A stretch of DNA of 64,000 nt from Perkinsela sp. CCAP 1560/9. Lineage: Eukaryota; Protista; Euglenozoa: Kinetoplastea. Made by a program: the position numbers and the translations under genes. The notes beneath the pieces were generated by a model that searched no databases, was not told where the DNA came from, and saw nothing but the letters and a program-made list of their open reading frames with translations. Shown here piece after piece: positions 20,226 to 31,011 of the stretch; the first letter of the stretch is position 1, and each line of letters opens with the position of its first letter. The DNA is taken from contig CBFFSA010000021.1 in assembly GCA_965644495.1 (NCBI GenBank), positions 119,756-183,755 of the forward strand, given 5' to 3'.

Positions 20226-22451
20226 GTGAATGGAGAGAACATCTTAACCATGCCCACCGAATCATCTCTACCCTCCGAACCCTCGCTCTCTGACATCCTC
20301 CATCCCTACTCCCACCTCGGGGACCCCACCACCTGTTACCTCTGCGAGAGAAAACTTCTACTCTCCGAAGACCCAACGAATCAAACCATTCATCCAACCC
20401 CAGCAGACGACTCGCCTCAGCAATGTAACCGCTGCGGGGGCACCGTGTGTTCCTCTCCGAGTTGTTTCCTGAATAGCGCTTCGAATTGTGCAGCCTGTGA
20501 GGGGCTGTGGCGTGTGGGGTCTCAGACGGCCGTGTCACACAGCCCGACACACATGGACCCCAACCTCGGGGAGACGTTGCAAAAGATTTCGAGTACGAAA
20601 AAAGGGACGAAAGGAGGTGTAGGAAAACACCAGCCTGGAACTCAAAACGAGTTCTCTTCTCAAAAAGAAGGACAAAGAAAAAGGGCGCATGGTGTGAGTA
20701 GAGCTATGGATCACGACTCGTTTCGCCCGTTTTATGGTGTGGACGCGCTGCGAGGATCCACTCTCGACGACGAGAGCGACCAGGAAGAAGATTTTGTATT
20801 GTGCGGGAAGTCCCGGTGGAGCAGCGGTCGACGTGATAGGTTTGATGAAACCAATCCGTATTTTGAAATGTTGCGAAATACTGCATATGGGGACCGTTTA
20901 CCGGAGTTATGTCCTTTCGTGACTCCAGACCCGCATAGTGTTCACAGCACGTTCTGTCCCTCAAGGAGTCTTTTGCTGCGTATTGGAGCATATGCTGCTG
21001 GCCTGTCCAACACAAACATGATGCCTGTACCTTCGTCCGGTGAACATGAAACCTTTGAGGGTGCGAAAGCTAAAGACCCCAACAATGAAGAGGATATTCT
21101 CACTGGATTTTGCAAAACTGTCCAAACCCAAGGTGTTGCGATGACTGAGGAGCGACCATCACCTCATCAAGATGGGAGGATTCTCTTGGCCAGTGATAGT
21201 GTAGGAGTAGGATCCAGTGCCAAGTTATTTACACTAATTGCCCGAGAATCCGTTTCTTCCTTCATACTAGCGGCGCATCCTTCTCGAAGACATTTTTATA
21301 TTTGTCCTGATCCGTACCTTCCTTGTGATATAGCACTTGACATTGATAAGGCTGTGCACATTCCCCGCACACTTGAGAAAATAAAAAAGAACGGAGTTTT
21401 ACTGCTGGATCGTATTATTAGAGCGATTGAAACACATTTGGATGAACAATGGAACGCACGGGTAAGCTCCATAGTAATTTTAACAGGTTGTCGTTCTGAA
21501 AAAATTAGTTTCCATCTTCACATTCGCTTGCAAGATCAAAAAGCGTTTCGTAATCTCGAGGCTGCGCAACACTTTATCTCTCATCTAAAGCTTCATCCGA
21601 GATCTATCGCCACTGAAGAAGATTTGAATTGCATTGACATTTCTCTGTTTCGCAAATGGCATGCGCTTCGATTGCCCTACTGCAGTAAGAAGGAAAACAG
21701 CCCGAAGGTATACATGCACGGTGAGGCAAGATCCGATGCCCTTCGTTTCATGGGGACATCTGAAATCAATTTATTGCTGCAGAATGAAACGAGTCAGACA
21801 CAACTTCCCTGGACCAAATTATTGGAAGGTGATTCCGAAGAGGCTTTCGAGCACACACTCATTACACGAGATCCATCGAAGGAGTATTCCTTCCTATCAA
21901 AACTTCCTGCTGAGCCCGACACCAATGAAATAGCACTCATTTCTAATCCTCCGGCCATCACCCCGGTCTACTGGGAATGGTTCGTAGATATTCCTCCCGG
22001 GTCTAGAACCTATCGATTGCTCTTGACGCACATCAGAGGTCTGCATGAGGCAATGCAAGCGATACGGACTCCTAGTATTCGATTCAACATAGGGAATCCC
22101 TATTGCTACCGCATAAAGCAGCGAAACACGAAATATTGCCTGTACCTCAACCGTACGCACAGAACAACATACGGAGAATTTCATATTTTTTACAACGACG
22201 TCTACTTCAAGTGTTGGAGTAACGATTGTGGTGATACAGCTATGAAATCGTTCGGAGCACTTCCCGAGGAGATGCGATCCGTTGTGTTTCCAGAAGTCCC
22301 TTTGGACGACGCGAGAAGACTAGCTTGGCCAGAAGAAGCACAAGGTGAATCAATGAAGGATAGCAAAGAAAGCAGCACAACCAAACAACACGCTATTACT
22401 TCTGAGGATCAAGTCGCCGAAGAACAATCTCACCGGGTTATCTCAGAATAG
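20226..22451 (+). CDS. PrimPol-like archaeo-eukaryotic primase-polymerase (PPL type)
   Basis: AEP motifs DIALDID (DxD), KISFHLH (SxH) and ID.SLF...ALRLPYCSK; C-terminal UL52-like Zn finger C..H..CWSNDC; extra Cys-rich N-terminus. Confidence 0.85.
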   Translation: MNGENILTMPTESSLPSEPSLSDILHPYSHLGDPTTCYLCERKLLLSEDPTNQTIHPTPADDSPQQCNRCGGTVCSSPSCFLNSASNCAACEGLWRVGSQTAVSHSPTHMDPNLGETLQKISSTKKGTKGGVGKHQPGTQNEFSSQKEGQRKRAHGVSRAMDHDSFRPFYGVDALRGSTLDDESDQEEDFVLCGKSRWSSGRRDRFDETNPYFEMLRNTAYGDRLPELCPFVTPDPHSVHSTFCPSRSLLLRIGAYAAGLSNTNMMPVPSSGEHETFEGAKAKDPNNEEDILTGFCKTVQTQGVAMTEERPSPHQDGRILLASDSVGVGSSAKLFTLIARESVSSFILAAHPSRRHFYICPDPYLPCDIALDIDKAVHIPRTLEKIKKNGVLLLDRIIRAIETHLDEQWNARVSSIVILTGCRSEKISFHLHIRLQDQKAFRNLEAAQHFISHLKLHPRSIATEEDLNCIDISLFRKWHALRLPYCSKKENSPKVYMHGEARSDALRFMGTSEINLLLQNETSQTQLPWTKLLEGDSEEAFEHTLITRDPSKEYSFLSKLPAEPDTNEIALISNPPAITPVYWEWFVDIPPGSRTYRLLLTHIRGLHEAMQAIRTPSIRFNIGNPYCYRIKQRNTKYCLYLNRTHRTTYGEFHIFYNDVYFKCWSNDCGDTAMKSFGALPEEMRSVVFPEVPLDDARRLAWPEEAQGESMKDSKESSTTKQHAITSEDQVAEEQSHRVISE

Positions 22452-22658
22452 TATGAAATGATAAGTTTTGCAACGTGTAATTTGTAGTGTTTTAAGACTT
22501 TGTACGAACAAAGAAAGTGATACTGTCCGCGCCTTCAAGCTCATATTTAGTTTGTTGACTTCAGTCACCATTCTGTTATTCTACCTGTATTGCCCTGTAT
22601 AGATAAAATAAAATACTATGCCTATAAAGAGGGATATTGCTAACTTTAAGAAAAACTC

Positions 22659-22886
22659 ATGAACCCCTCACACACACCTAGCTCTTCTGCAGAAGTACTG
22701 CTGAGCTTACGAAAGATACGATCTGCTTTGCAGCAAGATTCAGATGCGGCGAATCAAGCTCAGCAGGAGTGCATTTCTCTGCGAAATGAGAACGAAGAGT
22801 TGCGTAGAAAGATGGGCAAATTGGAATATCGAATCAAACATTTGCTACGTGAACTCGAAACGCCTTGTGCAGTTAGTCAGAGTTAA
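22659..22886 (+). CDS. Small coiled-coil protein (75 aa)
   Basis: ATG-started ORF in cluster orientation with heptad pattern ENEELRRKMGKLEYRIKHL. Confidence 0.6.
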   Translation: MNPSHTPSSSAEVLLSLRKIRSALQQDSDAANQAQQECISLRNENEELRRKMGKLEYRIKHLLRELETPCAVSQS

Positions 22887-23187
22887 TAGTGACTTCGCGT
22901 TGCTCAGCCATTAGCTGAGTGTAAATTCCTCGAAATTTGGCAGAAGCCAGGCAGAGTCTTGCTTCTTCCGGAGGTTTTCTTAATGTCTTTGTGGAATTGC
23001 CCACTGCATTTCCTTTTCATTTTTCGAAATATGGTTATCTGACAGAAAATGTTCTCCATTTGTTCCAAATGTTCTCCATTTGTTGGACTATGTAGTGAGT
23101 AGACGCATTGTCATAAATATTATTCTTTCAAATCATAGCGATAATTTATACACCTTACAATACAGTTTCTTTTAAGCACTCGCTTGT

Positions 23188-24981
23188 ATGTCATACGATT
23201 ACCAGCCGGGGCCAGACCGAATGGCCGATTTAGGTTCCAATCTGACCGAAGTTGATTGGGACGAGGTTAAAACCGGATATACCCTCCCTAAGGACCCACT
23301 TACTTCCGCGACGTTGGAGCGTTCCCCCGCAGAGATACGTCAATGGCGTGAAGAAAAGAACATTACTATCGTAGAAGGTGCAAAAGACTGCGCTCCCCCC
23401 ATTCTGACCTACGACGAGTGCCAGAGCTATCTCCCTCCCTTCATTAAGAGCAGTTTTCGGCAGCAGAATTTCCAAGCCCCCACACCTATTCAGGCACAGT
23501 CTTGGTCTGTTGCGCTACGTAATCAGGATATGGTCGGGATTGCGAAAACAGGAAGTGGGAAAACTCTCGCGTTTGTTGTCCCTGGTATATTGCATGTCAT
23601 GGCACAAGCCCCAATCCAACGCTATGATGGCCCTATCATGCTTGTACTCGCTCCTACCCGAGAACTTGCGCGTCAAATTGAAGATGAGACATTGAAAGTA
23701 ATTCGCGGCTCCCAGATTCGCACCGTTTGTCTGTATGGGGGGACACCCAAGTTCCACAACCGTCAGCGTCTGATGGAAGGAGTGCACATTGCGATTGCGT
23801 GTCCCGGTCGCTTGATTGATCTTCTAGGGATGAAGGTCACAAATTTGTACCGCGTCAGTTACCTTGTCATGGATGAAGCCGATCGCATGCTTGATATGGG
23901 ATTTGAACCCCAAATTCGTATGATCTGCTCGCAACTTCCGGAAAAGCGTCAGACTCTTATGTTCAGCGCAACATGGCCTCAAGAAGTACAGGACTTGGCA
24001 CATTCCTTTCAGCGCAACTACATTCGTATTCATGTCGGATCCCTTGATCTTATGGCGAACGCCGACGTCAAGCAACACATCATGGTCGTCCAGGACTACG
24101 AAAAATCACAAAAACTCGGAGAGCTGGTGCAAAAGCCTGGACTAAGTAAAATCCTCGTGTTCGTCGCCACCAAGCGGGATGTGGATGTCGTGTGTGACCA
24201 GATACGTGGTATGAACATATGGGCACTCGCCATTCACGGGGACAAGACTCAGATGCAGCGAGACAGTGCAATCAACCAATTCCGACGTGCTCCAAAAGGT
24301 TGCCTGGTGGCGACTGATGTAGCCCAACGCGGCTTGGACATTCGCGATCTCGACGCTGTAATTAACTACGATTTTCCTATGGGTATCGAGGACTACGTCC
24401 ACCGCATTGGTCGCACCGGACGTGCTGGTGCCAAAGGACATGCCTTCTCCTTCATCAACACCGCCCACGCAAAGCTGGTCCCGGAGTTAATGAAACTGCT
24501 ACGCAAAGCGAACGAGGAGATCTCCGCGGACCTCCAAGAGTTGAACCAGCACTTTGCGGAAGGGCGCTCTTTACGTAGTCGGTACGGACGTAACGCCACG
24601 ACGTGGAAGCCACGCCCTCGAAACGCTCCCGCGTTTTCCATGGGATACAATAACAGTGCCTCTCGTCGTCCCCCACCCCCGAGTGGGCCCTCCGGGGGTT
24701 ATGACTCCCGCAGCTACGGATCTGCACCTCCTCCGCCTTCGTCTGGTTCCTATGGCAGTTCATCCCGCAGTGCGCCGTATCCCTCATATGGGGAAGAACC
24801 CCGTAAACGAGACCGCAGCCCTCGACGAGACTATGATCGGGATTATGGACGCGATTACAACCGGGACTATAACCGGGACTATGAGCGACGTTATGAACGA
24901 GATCCCCACGGTAACTCCTACCGTGAGGAACCCCGCTCCCGGGATTACGGAGACCGATCGCGTGAGTATTCTAGATACTAA
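23188..24981 (+). CDS. DBP2: DEAD-box RNA helicase, DBP2/p68 (DDX5/17) type
   Basis: Q motif PTPIQAQSW, AKTGSGKT, PTRELA, DEADRMLDMGFEPQIR, SATWP and HRIGRTGR; RDY-repeat tail. Confidence 0.92.
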   Translation: MSYDYQPGPDRMADLGSNLTEVDWDEVKTGYTLPKDPLTSATLERSPAEIRQWREEKNITIVEGAKDCAPPILTYDECQSYLPPFIKSSFRQQNFQAPTPIQAQSWSVALRNQDMVGIAKTGSGKTLAFVVPGILHVMAQAPIQRYDGPIMLVLAPTRELARQIEDETLKVIRGSQIRTVCLYGGTPKFHNRQRLMEGVHIAIACPGRLIDLLGMKVTNLYRVSYLVMDEADRMLDMGFEPQIRMICSQLPEKRQTLMFSATWPQEVQDLAHSFQRNYIRIHVGSLDLMANADVKQHIMVVQDYEKSQKLGELVQKPGLSKILVFVATKRDVDVVCDQIRGMNIWALAIHGDKTQMQRDSAINQFRRAPKGCLVATDVAQRGLDIRDLDAVINYDFPMGIEDYVHRIGRTGRAGAKGHAFSFINTAHAKLVPELMKLLRKANEEISADLQELNQHFAEGRSLRSRYGRNATTWKPRPRNAPAFSMGYNNSASRRPPPPSGPSGGYDSRSYGSAPPPPSSGSYGSSSRSAPYPSYGEEPRKRDRSPRRDYDRDYGRDYNRDYNRDYERRYERDPHGNSYREEPRSRDYGDRSREYSRY

Positions 24982-25760
24982 ATCGTCGGGGAGAATCACT
25001 GAAACGACCAGGAAGCAACACAAGTGCACAACGACTAATTAAGCGAAAATTCTATCCATAAAAAACTGGTCTTCAAATTTTGTCAGAATATATTCAGTCT
25101 GGGCGATCAAAAAGATCAAAAAATGCATGCATTCAGTCAAATTCACATTATGTTTTGAACATTTTATTGAACGGATACCAAGTTTCTATTTTTTATATGA
25201 TTAGCATATTATTTTTCTTAATTATTTCCATCATGCTTGATAGGAGCATGTACGGATGGCTCCAAATAGACAATCGGGCGCATAGCTCACGGTCGTTCTC
25301 TCCACTCTGCCACCCCGCTGAGAAATCGAACGTAGTCTTTCGAGAATCTACGATAATCAGCGGAATATGTGGTAGATCGAGAGACGAGTCTGTGGGCATT
25401 CCTATCATTGCGCGATTACCTGTTGTCCTATTTTATTAATACGAATCTTTACCTATGTACCTTCCGAATATTTCTATTATTATGACCACGATAACTTTAT
25501 TATTCGGACAACTTTAATACGCTGGCACTTTCTATTTTACTTACATTTTGCATTTGCTTATTGTCCCTAAATTTAGGATAAATTCTGCTGAAAGTATAAT
25601 AATTTTTGAACGTTGATTATTCGTAAGACTTTTGAGCACTTTAAAAATTGTCATGGTCCCGTATTCTGTTACAGAGTACTACTGTTACAGAGTGATTCAA
25701 ATAATTCCAGATTGATTAATTTTCCCAGTTTCTTAAGCTCTTATCAGCATATCTTTGAGA

Positions 25761-27626
25761 ATGAACCATCAGGAACGAAACGTCTCCAAACAAAGAAGAA
25801 AGTCCATTAAGGAAGACATAAAATTCGGCAGTACACAGGGATGGGGACTTCATAATCTGCACCCTGCTATATTGCACGCACTTCAGACACAGAAGTGGTT
25901 AGAACCTACTTTGATACAGCAGGCTGCGCTACCTATTCTAATAAAAGGAGGGGATGCCATGATACACGCTCGAACAGGAAGTGGTAAGACGGCTGCGTTT
26001 ATAATTCCATTGCTTCAGAGGTGTATGGCACAACGAATGAATGCTCGTTCCTTGGCCTATTCCGAGTCTGAAGCCAGCTGCGCGTTTCAGTTTGTCATTG
26101 TGGTCCCCACAACAGAACTCGTACTTCAAACAATTCGAGTACTACAAAAGCTTTGCTGTCATCTGCCTCATTATCTGAATACCAGTCGAGACTTTGGCGC
26201 GTCATCTAATGACGTACGAACTAGTGCTCCGAATTTGACATCAGATGCGATACAAATATTAGAAATTAGTACCACCGGGGTTGCTTCTCTTTTTTCTCCG
26301 GGGAGACAGTACGACTTTGTCGTCTCCACTCCTGCGGTGCTGCACTCTTACCTTCGAAAAGAACCATCCTGTGTAAGAGCATTCCGCAAGGCCTCTTATG
26401 TTGTTCTCGATGAAGCGGACGCCATTACGTCGCTCGGAAGCATGAAAGCGTTACGGCAATACTATCCTGTGGCGTGTCACACAGTACTTGTCTGTGCAAG
26501 CATGTCCCCTGCGACAATTCGCATAAAAAAACTTTACTTACGAAAGCCTTTCTTAGTTTCTCTGGAAGAGGAGGATCCCACCGAGACATTGAGCACGCAG
26601 CCATCAAATAAAGAGGAGTCTGCGGCGAATCTCACCAACACCGATTCAACCGTGGTCGAGCAACACGGTCACGTGGAGGAGTACTACATACCCGCGACGA
26701 CCATGGAGGACCGTCTTGTGTGGCTGTACGCCATACTACGTAACCTCGCTTCGCACCGGCAGCCTCAAAAAGTGTTGATTTTCGTCCGGACCACTGCCGT
26801 CGCCTACCGCACCAAACTCTTTCTCGAGGGGTTTCGTATCCAGTCCTTTGTGCTCCACGGTACCGTCCCCGTGGAGTGCCGGGAGCACATTCTACAAATT
26901 TTCAACCACTCCCCATCGGGCCAGCTTATTGTCGTGGACCAGGACGTCCATGAGGAGAGAATGGGTGAGAGCCTCCCCGGGTCGCCCTCTCCAAGTCTCA
27001 CCCTTCACCGGGGGATTGATTTCGTGAACGTCTCGCATGTCGTGATGCTCGACACGACAATCTCAACAGAGCCTCGGGCACTGCTGGCTTACACGCACCG
27101 ACTCGGGCGTACGGGTCGGGCGGGGCGTCACGGCGTCTCGTTGCTGTTTCTCGCGGAGAATGAGGTAGAAAGCTGTTTGCCGCGATACAGTGAGGAAGCC
27201 CTACGTCGTGGGACATCCCCGCTGGTCCCGTACCTCTGCGTCGGGCCCGCGGATGTCACCCCACTACGTTACCGCTGCGAGGACGTGCTGGCACGGATTA
27301 CACGGAAACGAGTGCGTCAGGCACTGGTCCAGGACGTGGCTTTGGAGATCTTAAATTGCGACAAACTGCAAACCCACTTAAGGTCGAATACACAAGATGA
27401 GGAGACACTGCGTCATATTGCGGAGCCGATTGCGGAGGTTACGAGGGGGTCGCAGTCACTGGGGTGTGTCCCAACCTACCTGAATGCACGGGGCAAGTTC
27501 TCTGAGACTATACCGGTGCTTCCGGCGGTAGGGGACGCCACGTCCACAGGTTTTAAGGCCAAACGGAAGAAGCGATCATCTGTTGGTAAGGATCCGATTG
27601 AACTGGTCCGAAGGAAGTTCAAGTGA
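25761..27626 (+). CDS. DBP9: DEAD-box RNA helicase, DBP9/DDX56 type
   Basis: PTLIQQAALP, ARTGSGKTAAF, DEAD, RGIDF and HRLGRTGRAG; DBP9-like tail LRYRCEDVL..IT..V. Motif III is degenerate (CAS). Confidence 0.8.
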   Translation: MNHQERNVSKQRRKSIKEDIKFGSTQGWGLHNLHPAILHALQTQKWLEPTLIQQAALPILIKGGDAMIHARTGSGKTAAFIIPLLQRCMAQRMNARSLAYSESEASCAFQFVIVVPTTELVLQTIRVLQKLCCHLPHYLNTSRDFGASSNDVRTSAPNLTSDAIQILEISTTGVASLFSPGRQYDFVVSTPAVLHSYLRKEPSCVRAFRKASYVVLDEADAITSLGSMKALRQYYPVACHTVLVCASMSPATIRIKKLYLRKPFLVSLEEEDPTETLSTQPSNKEESAANLTNTDSTVVEQHGHVEEYYIPATTMEDRLVWLYAILRNLASHRQPQKVLIFVRTTAVAYRTKLFLEGFRIQSFVLHGTVPVECREHILQIFNHSPSGQLIVVDQDVHEERMGESLPGSPSPSLTLHRGIDFVNVSHVVMLDTTISTEPRALLAYTHRLGRTGRAGRHGVSLLFLAENEVESCLPRYSEEALRRGTSPLVPYLCVGPADVTPLRYRCEDVLARITRKRVRQALVQDVALEILNCDKLQTHLRSNTQDEETLRHIAEPIAEVTRGSQSLGCVPTYLNARGKFSETIPVLPAVGDATSTGFKAKRKKRSSVGKDPIELVRRKFK

Positions 27627-28016
27627 TGATTAAAAAGCAGTACACTTTTTGTGCTAAAAGTAGTACAGCTTTTTGACAGTTATTTCTTCGTTATAACGTT
27701 ACAGTAGTTATTGAATTTAGAGGATTTGTTATGCTACACCATTGAACAACTGTCCAGCATGTTTTTTTTGTAGTGTAGTACGACTAATCGAACAAATTGT
27801 TCCACATTATTGAACAAAGAAGAGACTAGTTTTCTGACGTACTTGTCAATCTGTGTATGAATAAAGCTATAGAATATGGTGCAGCATGGCATGCACTACG
27901 CTAGTAGTAGCATAGTCGACTTCTGTGGAGAGCAGATTAGATGTTCTCGAATATTCACAGAGTAGCTTAATTTCCCGATCATCCATTCCGCTAGTATCGT
28001 CCAGTCCACGTAGGAA

Positions 28017-29492
28017 ATGTCGAATTGGAGATTAGCCGTTGCGGAACATATTCGGAACACGTTGATGTCTCCAGAACGGTATATCCTGCTTACTCAGAGA
28101 CGTAGGCAATTTGCAAAACAGTTCCTCACGGACTGGACGCACAACAAAGTAAAGAATCCTCAACTGTATTTGTACGGCTCGACTCTGTCCTGCACGGCCT
28201 TGAGTAACGGTGACGTGGACTACGCGATTAGTCCCTGTGATGACTTGAAGCAGATTGATCGCGCCGAGCAAGCGGATTTGCTGACAAATTTGTACCACCA
28301 CTTAACGCCAAAGAGCGAAAACAGAGGGAACTTGGTTGTTGAGACACGTGTAGCGGAATCAAGCTGTCACATGAAGGGTTCAAGTGAATCATTAGGAAGT
28401 TCAAGTGTAAATAATTCGATCGAATCGGATCGAGGATGCGACACGGATACCCAGCACATTCAACTACAAGATACATTGGCAGGGACTGAGAATTGTCAAC
28501 GAGAATACCTACCGCTAGAATGCATGCATCGGATATTTTGTGCACGTGTCCCTGTCCTGCAGTACACCCCGAATCCACTAAAAGGTTTACCAGCGGACAG
28601 CTCGGCTGTTGACAAGCAGAGTAAGCTGCTCCCCTACGATTTCGATTTAACCCTTTCACTTTATGGGGTAAAGAACTCTCTGTTGTTGCGAGAGTACGTA
28701 CGACGCTTCCCTATTGTGCGCCCACTGCTTCTGCTCGTTAAACTTTGGGGGCACACACAAAATATTATTGACTCCAGAAATGGATGGTTCAGTAGTTATG
28801 CGCTCACGTTGATGATGATTGAGTTTCTGCAGCTTTCGAACCGAATTGCGGTGATCAATCCCAGGAACGTTCGAATCCAACCCGATCCTTCAAAATACGA
28901 CGACTGGATAGAATTTCAGGATAATCACGTGCCTAACGACATCCGGCTCATTCTACAAGAGTTCTTCCAATATTACGCCAATCAGTTTGACTTTGATGAA
29001 CACGTTGTGGATGTTAGCGGAGTGGACCTCGAGCAAAACCTTGAGGTTGGCCCCAGTGACCCTCAATGTGAAAATAGGGTCGGCAAGAAGAGCATAGAAA
29101 ACAGTAGCACGGATGTTATAGCGTGGAGAGTGACCCCAGAAGGGATCATACTTCACGACAGTGTCGATGGGAACATTTATGCTCCAAAACGAAAAGAACG
29201 AAGGGCAGGAGTCTTGGAGCCGTACTTTACAGCCGAAGAAGAAAAATCCTTAACGGACGAGGAAAAATGGCATCGAGTAGGTCACGCACGAATCCAAATT
29301 CGGGATCCTTATGAAGCCCACTCACTCGGCCGCTCCGTAGAATTTTTCAAGGCAGAGGCTTTTCGGGAACTCTTGGAACAGAGCATTGAATTGACCAGCG
29401 AACGCAAGGAATTTACAGATTTTGTTACTTCTCGATGTTTGATTCCGAAGACACTTCTAAGGAGCAATAGAAGGACGGGCATAATATTTTAA
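28017..29492 (+). CDS. Terminal uridylyltransferase / non-canonical poly(A) polymerase (Pol beta-like NTase)
   Basis: YGS..GDVD catalytic motif, ARVPVL, FDLT, GVKNSLLL, VKLWG, SSYALTLM and IRDPYE..LGR. Confidence 0.88.
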   Translation: MSNWRLAVAEHIRNTLMSPERYILLTQRRRQFAKQFLTDWTHNKVKNPQLYLYGSTLSCTALSNGDVDYAISPCDDLKQIDRAEQADLLTNLYHHLTPKSENRGNLVVETRVAESSCHMKGSSESLGSSSVNNSIESDRGCDTDTQHIQLQDTLAGTENCQREYLPLECMHRIFCARVPVLQYTPNPLKGLPADSSAVDKQSKLLPYDFDLTLSLYGVKNSLLLREYVRRFPIVRPLLLLVKLWGHTQNIIDSRNGWFSSYALTLMMIEFLQLSNRIAVINPRNVRIQPDPSKYDDWIEFQDNHVPNDIRLILQEFFQYYANQFDFDEHVVDVSGVDLEQNLEVGPSDPQCENRVGKKSIENSSTDVIAWRVTPEGIILHDSVDGNIYAPKRKERRAGVLEPYFTAEEEKSLTDEEKWHRVGHARIQIRDPYEAHSLGRSVEFFKAEAFRELLEQSIELTSERKEFTDFVTSRCLIPKTLLRSNRRTGIIF

Positions 29493-29639
29493 CCTTTGGT
29501 TTGTTAAATACGGTTATAAAAAATGTACAGTATTAAAAAAATACGATTTTTTTAGTTTGCTCCATTATAAAAATTTTCTCCCTCATAATTGCTTACATCG
29601 TATCTGTTTGAGAAGTTCGCCTTAGATAAGTGACCAACA

Positions 29640-30539
29640 GTGATGAATATAACTCGTACCAACAATGCCATGTTCACGCCGCACAAGACCAATCGTATTG
29701 TATTTCCTCCGTTACTCCAAATGATGCAATTTACTTCGATGATTCGCGTGCGACATGAAAGCTGGAGTATGAAAACAACACCCTGTTCTTGGAAAGGCGT
29801 CCTTTGTGATTCAACCGAAAAAATCGCTCACATACAGTGGCGTGACTTCCAGTTGGTTGGTAATGTTTCTTGGAGCTTCATCCCTATGCATACAGTGTCT
29901 ATAATGATTATCGAAAATTCGAATTTATGCGGCTCCTTGACTACATGCGTCTTGCCACGAACATTACTCTCAATTAACCTTATTCGTAACAGTTTTTCGG
30001 GCGATATTGATTCCATAACTTATTCCCCCTCTCTCACTCTTCTAGATTTGCGTCACAACGCTTTTTCAGAAAGCTGTTCATTCGAAACATTGCCACCCTC
30101 CCTGAAGAAACTTCGTGTCGACCACAATGATTTGAGTGGCGAAATTTTCCTTGAAACATTGCCTCGTGAACTCATCACATTCACCGCTTCATCCTGCGGT
30201 TTTCAGCACCTAGGACCTATGCACAGACTTCCACAACATTTGCGTACGCTCGACATTTCTTCTAATGAGCTGAATGGTGTTGTCACCCTTACCGATCTTC
30301 CTGATAGTTTACGGTCGATTCGTCTTCATTCCAATCATCTGATTATCACCCTTCACACCTATGATATGCCAAGAAGACTTCGATTTTTGACTCTCAATGA
30401 TAACGCATTAGTCACCGTCAAGGGAAATTTTTCACAAATTCCTGAAAATTTGGAATGTTTCCATCTTGATTCGAATGCAACCGATGAGAATCCGTCTTGC
30501 CGTCTCCCAGCTCTAAAACCACGTCGCCAAAGTTGCTGA
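29640..30539 (+). CDS. Leucine-rich repeat protein
   Basis: N-cap CSWKGVLC followed by LPxxLxxLxLxxNxLxG repeats. Confidence 0.85.
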   Translation: MMNITRTNNAMFTPHKTNRIVFPPLLQMMQFTSMIRVRHESWSMKTTPCSWKGVLCDSTEKIAHIQWRDFQLVGNVSWSFIPMHTVSIMIIENSNLCGSLTTCVLPRTLLSINLIRNSFSGDIDSITYSPSLTLLDLRHNAFSESCSFETLPPSLKKLRVDHNDLSGEIFLETLPRELITFTASSCGFQHLGPMHRLPQHLRTLDISSNELNGVVTLTDLPDSLRSIRLHSNHLIITLHTYDMPRRLRFLTLNDNALVTVKGNFSQIPENLECFHLDSNATDENPSCRLPALKPRRQSC

Positions 30540-31011
30540 GAGGCACTCCTTCCCAATCTTGTCTGGCTCGTACATACACTATGTTTTACTCGTTTTATCG
30601 TTGCCTTCTTTTTTCCCTTCGTTTCGTAGATTAGTTTCTTTCTATCCTATTTTCTTCTTTCCTCTTCCTTTCCTCTTTCCTTTTTGTTTTATATACAGGA
30701 TTTGGTCATTTAATTGTCTTCCTCGTAAATCACGTTGTTCAGTTTTAATGCTAGCCCTAGAACATCGTATAGAAGGCCCTGTAGACTTTCATCTGTAGAC
30801 TCAGAATTATACTTTATCATGTAGGGAGCCAATAGGGCATCTCTTTTTTCACATCGTTTGACTATTGCACGTTTGGAATAAATGAAGATAAGGATTTTGA
30901 GGCGTGCTTTGTAGTGCATACATGTATTATGATTTACAGCGAATTCTTCCAAAGAGGTCCCGATCGAAATTTTATCTACTTTTCCTTTAATCAGTTTGAT
31001 TTTGTAATTCC

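Noticed and set aside
25080-25439. 119-aa ORF between the two helicases
   Set aside because: Non-ATG start, intergenic-like composition and no motif.
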